Shown here: one piece after another, positions 59,743-64,000 of the stretch
Layout: each line of letters starts with the position of its first letter
Position numbering within the stretch: the first letter of the stretch is position 1
Notes under the pieces: model-generated
The model's input: the letters and a program-made list of their open reading frames with translations, nothing else
Databases searched by the model: none
What the model was told of the DNA's origin: nothing
Position numbers and translations under genes: made by a program
Source of the DNA: Marsupella aquatica
Lineage: Eukaryota; Plantae; Marchantiophyta
Direction of reading: 5' to 3'
Assembly: GCA_973895155.1 (NCBI GenBank)
Contig: OZ316894.1
Location: forward strand, 26,769,240-26,833,239
DNA: 64,000 nucleotides

Positions 59743-59860
59743 CTTCCAAGCAAGCAAAGAACAATGTCAGATATCATAAAAGAAATACTGTCGTATTGTG
59801 AAAGCGCATTTAGAACTACATTACTGAACACTGAGACAGCCATAAACAAAATGATGTAGT

Positions 59861-60501
59861 CACTAGTAGAAACCGGGGGGTATTTAGACCCCATTAAACG
59901 ACTATTCAGTACCGTATAGGACTTGGAAACGACTGGGAAGGACTCTAGTCCTTTATAGGACTGCGAGTCGTATGTTTTGTTACTATAATCAACTGAGTCC
60001 TTTATAGAACTGGTTTATAAGTCGTTTAATAGACTGGATTTTCAGTCTATTTTAGTCTTTGTGTGGGTAGCTTTGGTGAGTCGTTTTTAGTCTTTTATGG
60101 GCTGCGATGATGAGTCGTTGGGAACGACTAAAAAGGTTATGGAGGGTAGTCTTTAAATATACTTTGTGGGGTATGTATAAGTCTTTTATGTCAACTGGAT
60201 ATGAGTGATGAAGACCCCACTATACTACTTGGAATGAACCCACTCTTGTGCACAAATAACATATTGCATTCATGTTTTATTGTGTACTTGGAATGAACTC
60301 ACTCTATAAGTTCACCATTCATCATGTTAACATTAGAATACATAGTTTCAGAAAGCCATCTTCTATACCATGTACACTAATATGAATTCACAGATTCAAA
60401 CTTCATAGACTACAAAGAAGGTCACAAAGTATTCCTCTATACCATACACACTAATACTGAAATGATAAAATAGATTCAAGTATCATAGACAATCACCATA
60501 G
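59861..60501. mobile_element. End of a second CACTA element, inserted in a transposase intron
   Basis: CACTAGTAGAAA terminus followed by AACGACT/AGTCGTT-type subterminal repeats in both orientations. The other end is not in the window. Confidence 0.7.
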
Positions 60502-63500
60502 TGTTGTAGCTCATCAACAACTAACTCCTTTATTCATTCCTCTTCCAATACATATAGTCCCTTAGGCAGGTAGGGTAGTTAGGCGGTTAGTCTTAACCAA
60601 CTGTGGTAGGTCTAACCTTAGTTAGGCTAGAGTTAACTCGGGTTACAACACTCCCCCTTGGGTGTAACATGGTCTTGGGAAGGAATGTTGCACCCACATT
60701 TAGTTTACTCTAGGTGGTGGGAATGTAACCTCATTAAAACCCCCCCTCCTTTCTTGTGGGGGGAAAGAGTGTTACCATTCCTTCTTAAAAATGTAATTCG
60801 TAAGTGTAATTGTGTTGTGTTAGTGGTAAATTACTTGTAAAGTCTAGTGTAGGTAATAGGAATGAAGTGTAAACGCCCTAATGTATTTGCGGATTGTGTG
60901 GTCGATTGTTTCGTTTGTGAGTAGGGAGCTCTTCGGTTCGAGTGGGGGAAGATTCGCTTTCGATTGCTTCACGTTGTAAGTGGATTCGGAGATGGAGGTC
61001 GGGCGAATCTCCCCCTGAAGGTTGCCAGTTGAGCTTCTCACTGTCGATGGTCGAATCGATGTTGGTTCTTGTTTCTCCCAGGTTCGTTGTTGCGGCTCCT
61101 CCATGTTCTAAGTGCTTCACCGAGTGATTCTTTGTGACCTGGCGTACCTGTGATGTCGTGTCTGCATTCCGATCATTGTGTCTCGAGTTTATTGATTCGA
61201 TCCGGTCTGCAGTTGAGATAGGCTTCGCATCCCTATCGAGTGTGTATGCTGGTTGTGTAGATTCGGTGGGAGTGCTTTCGTAAACATGTCTGCAGAGTTG
61301 GATTCGCTAGAGATCCACTGAACTGCGATGCTTTTGTTCTGCTGCTCGTGAGTAAAGAAAAACTTAGGTGCAATGTGTTTCGTTCTGTCTCCCTTGATGA
61401 ACCCTGCTTGGATTTGATCGACACACGGTCTATTGTCTTCATAGAGTTGTGTGGGTGTGGTCAATCTCGGTATGCCTGTGTTTTCGTGTATGTGGTTGAT
61501 CACATTGCGTAGCCATATGCATTCCCGGCTCGCCTCGTATAATGCGATTATTTCGGAGTGGTTTGACGAGGTTGTGGTCAATGTTTGCTTGTTGCTCCTC
61601 CATGAGATGGCCGTATTGCCCATCAGGAACACATACCCTGTCTGTGATTTCGCATCTGCGGGGTCCGACAGGTATCCTGCATCCGCGTACCCGGTAAGTA
61701 AGTAAGTATCATGCTTGGGGTAGAATAAGCCGAGGTCTGTCGTGCCTCTTAAGTATCTGAAGATTCTTTTAATGCCGTTCCAGTGTCTTATGGTTGGCGT
61801 TGCGCTATGGCGTGCCAGTAGGTTCACTGAGAATGCCAGATCGGGTCTTGTCTGGTTAGCGAGGAACATCAGGACCCCTATTGCAGATAGGTATGGTTTG
61901 TCTGAGCCAAGTAGTGGTTCGTTCTCGTTCCTCTTCCGGAAAATGTCCTTGTCCATATCCAATGAGCGAATGTCCATTGGGGATTTGACTGGTTTGGACT
62001 GATGCATATTGAATTGCTTCAGTATTTTTCTTGTATAAGTAGATTGGTGCAGTAGGATTCCATTTGGCAGATGTTCGAATTGTAGGCCGAGGCAGAAAGT
62101 AGTCTGTCCCAAGTCTCGCACCTCAAATGCCTTTTTCAGTAATTGGATAGTTTCCAGCATGATTCGGCTGGTCCCGAATAAGTTCAGGTCATCCACATAT
62201 ATTGCAATGATTATAACTTCACGTCCTTCCTGCTTGAGGAATATGCAAGGTGTGATATCTGAATTTTTAAATCCCATGGTTAACATTTCAGATTTAAATC
62301 TCTTATACCAAGTTAGGCCGCTCTGTTTCAGGCCATACATGGAGCGAAGGACTTGCACTGCAAAACGAGTTTGCTTGGTGAGCATTTGCTTTGAAGAAGC
62401 TTTTAGTGCAATTGATTTGGCTATTGTATGTAGTACTGCCTCATTGGTGTGATCGAATTTGCTTTTCTCAGTGTGATCTAGTCTCATGGGTGTCTGCTCC
62501 CCCTGGCAGTGGTGTTCCACACGTTGTATCAACTCGGGTGGTGCTTCCATGTGTATAACTGTGTCCAGGTGCCCATATAAGTATGCCGTCACTATGTCCA
62601 GTTGGTGCATGGATAAGTTGTGGTACTGTGAAAAGGTGATTAGGTAGCGGTAAGTGATGGCGTCCATCACTGGGGAGTACGTGAGGTCGTAGTCACGGCC
62701 CGGGATTTGGGTAAAGCCCTTTGCTACTAGTCGGGCCTTATGTCTGACTACTTCCCCCTGTGCATTCCGTTTCTTCACAAAGGTCCATCTGCAGCCTGTG
62801 AGGTGAATGCCTGGTGCTGCTGGAGTGATGGGGCCGAAGACATGGCGAGATATAAGGGAGTCTAGTTCTAGGTTAATTGCTTTTTCCCACTCGGGCCAGT
62901 CTGAGTGGGTTTGTGCTTCCCGGATTGTCTTTGGATCATGTGAGTCTTCGTCTATTTGTTGGGATATATGGAACGCGAATTTATCATCTATTGTTGTGTG
63001 TGTTCTGTCCCATATGTGCCCTGTGCTTCCATAATTGATAGCGATCTCGTCGTTATCTTCTGGTGTGGTGGTCTGAGGGGTTGGCAGTTCTGAATGTGGT
63101 GATGGAGCTCTTGGAGGTGCTGCTTTCCTTTGTCTGGGTTGTTTGTCTGTAGCTCCTAGGGGGCGTCCCCGCTTTGCTCGTGGTGAGGTTACAGTTGCCG
63201 GTTGGATGTCCATCTGTATGCGCGAAGGTGTGTTTGCTGCCGGTATGTGTGATCGGGTTATTTTTGCGGCATCTGCAAAAGAGTCTGGTAGGTGTTCTAT
63301 CAGGTTTGTGAGGTGGAGTATTCTTTTAACTTCCGTGTCAGATTGGCTAGTTCGGGGATCCTGCCAAAATGCAGATTGGATTTGCCAGGTGAGAGATTTG
63401 TCGCTATCTGTTTCCTGTCTTGTTTGTAGTTTTGGAAATGTAGTTTCATAGAAGTGGCAGTCGCTGAATCGGGCCTTAAAAACGTCGGCTGTGGTGGGTT

Positions 63501-64000
63501 CCAGGTATCGAATGATGGATGTGGAATCACATCCAATGTATATTCCTGCTTGCCGCTGAGGGCCCATTTTGGTTCGTTTGGGGCCCAGTATTGGTACCAT
63601 TACTTGGCAGCCAAAGGTTCGAAGGTGAGTTATGTTGGGGATGGTGCCGAGTGCCAGAGTGTGTGGTGAGCTTGAGTTGTATGCTGACGGTCTGTAACTG
63701 AGTAGTGTGGCAGAGTGTAGGATGGCATGTCCCCATGCGGTTGTGGGGAGGTTGCTCTGCATCAGTATTGGTCTGGCAATTATTTGGAGGCGTTTTATCA
63801 ATGATTCCGCTGTCCCGTTTTGGAAGTGGACGTGGGGGACGGGGTACTGTACGTCTATGCCTGTAGCAGTGCAAAAGTCTTCAAAGGTTTTGGAGGTAAA
63901 TTCCCCTGCATTGTCCACTCTGATTGTCTGGATCTGGTTATCCGGGAATTGTGCTCTTAGTTTCAAGATGTGAGCCAGTAAGCGAGGGAAAACTAGATTT
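60502..64000 (-). mobile_element. Ty1/Copia element, Bianca-like, 5' part outside the window
   Basis: 149-bp LTR TGTTGTA...TACAACA (60502-60650), PPT AAGGGGGAG (60651-60659) and a pol ORF. Confidence 0.9.
61189..64000 (-). CDS. pol: Copia pol (integrase, RT, RNase H), partial
   Basis: IRVDNAGEF, KARLVAKGF, TYSPVMD, YVDDLN, KHIAPKFFFTHE (Bianca-type RNase H signature) and ADMFTKALP. Confidence 0.94.
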   Translation of the reverse strand, partial: NLVFPRLLAHILKLRAQFPDNQIQTIRVDNAGEFTSKTFEDFCTATGIDVQYPVPHVHFQNGTAESLIKRLQIIARPILMQSNLPTTAWGHAILHSATLLSYRPSAYNSSSPHTLALGTIPNITHLRTFGCQVMVPILGPKRTKMGPQRQAGIYIGCDSTSIIRYLEPTTADVFKARFSDCHFYETTFPKLQTRQETDSDKSLTWQIQSAFWQDPRTSQSDTEVKRILHLTNLIEHLPDSFADAAKITRSHIPAANTPSRIQMDIQPATVTSPRAKRGRPLGATDKQPRQRKAAPPRAPSPHSELPTPQTTTPEDNDEIAINYGSTGHIWDRTHTTIDDKFAFHISQQIDEDSHDPKTIREAQTHSDWPEWEKAINLELDSLISRHVFGPITPAAPGIHLTGCRWTFVKKRNAQGEVVRHKARLVAKGFTQIPGRDYDLTYSPVMDAITYRYLITFSQYHNLSMHQLDIVTAYLYGHLDTVIHMEAPPELIQRVEHHCQGEQTPMRLDHTEKSKFDHTNEAVLHTIAKSIALKASSKQMLTKQTRFAVQVLRSMYGLKQSGLTWYKRFKSEMLTMGFKNSDITPCIFLKQEGREVIIIAIYVDDLNLFGTSRIMLETIQLLKKAFEVRDLGQTTFCLGLQFEHLPNGILLHQSTYTRKILKQFNMHQSKPVKSPMDIRSLDMDKDIFRKRNENEPLLGSDKPYLSAIGVLMFLANQTRPDLAFSVNLLARHSATPTIRHWNGIKRIFRYLRGTTDLGLFYPKHDTYLLTGYADAGYLSDPADAKSQTGYVFLMGNTAISWRSNKQTLTTTSSNHSEIIALYEASRECIWLRNVINHIHENTGIPRLTTPTQLYEDNRPCVDQIQAGFIKGDRTKHIAPKFFFTHEQQNKSIAVQWISSESNSADMFTKALPPNLHNQHTHSIGMRSLSQLQTGSNQ

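Larger units (their letters stand above)
54320..59860 (-). mobile_element. CACTA (En/Spm) DNA transposon, 3' portion
   Basis: The terminus CACTAGAAGGAAA begins where LTR homology stops. It has AT-rich subterminal ATGACTAG repeats and TnpA-like and TnpD-like coding remnants. Confidence 0.87.

Noticed and set aside
60844-61120. Small ORFs in the Bianca-like 3' UTR
   Set aside because: Under 90 aa with no recognisable motifs, as expected by chance.

Overview
Land-plant nuclear DNA; the PPR repeats resemble moss editing factors. The left third holds two convergent, paralogous PLS-class PPR-DYW RNA-editing genes formed by inverted duplication. Between them lie a decayed PIF/Pong transposase and a young full-length Tnt1/Tork-like Ty1/Copia element. 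From about 22.1 kb to the window end is one deeply nested transposon stack. Its core is a non-chromovirus Ty3/Gypsy family (A) with giant LTRs of about 4.66 kb. Each LTR carries a >1,100-codon sense ORF (a PMD/plant-transposon-like domain plus a long coiled coil). The window holds one complete TSD-bounded A element, one TSD-bounded A solo LTR and two older interrupted A LTRs. It also holds a 4.0 kb solo LTR of a divergent family (B) that encodes a homologous protein. Further right are a CACTA element, a second nested CACTA end and a Bianca-like Copia. The best candidate for an undescribed system is this gene-inside-the-LTR architecture, together with a PPT inside the integrase coding end and a candidate -1 frameshift pseudoknot between protease and RT. 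All alignments were made by eye and no database searches were run.
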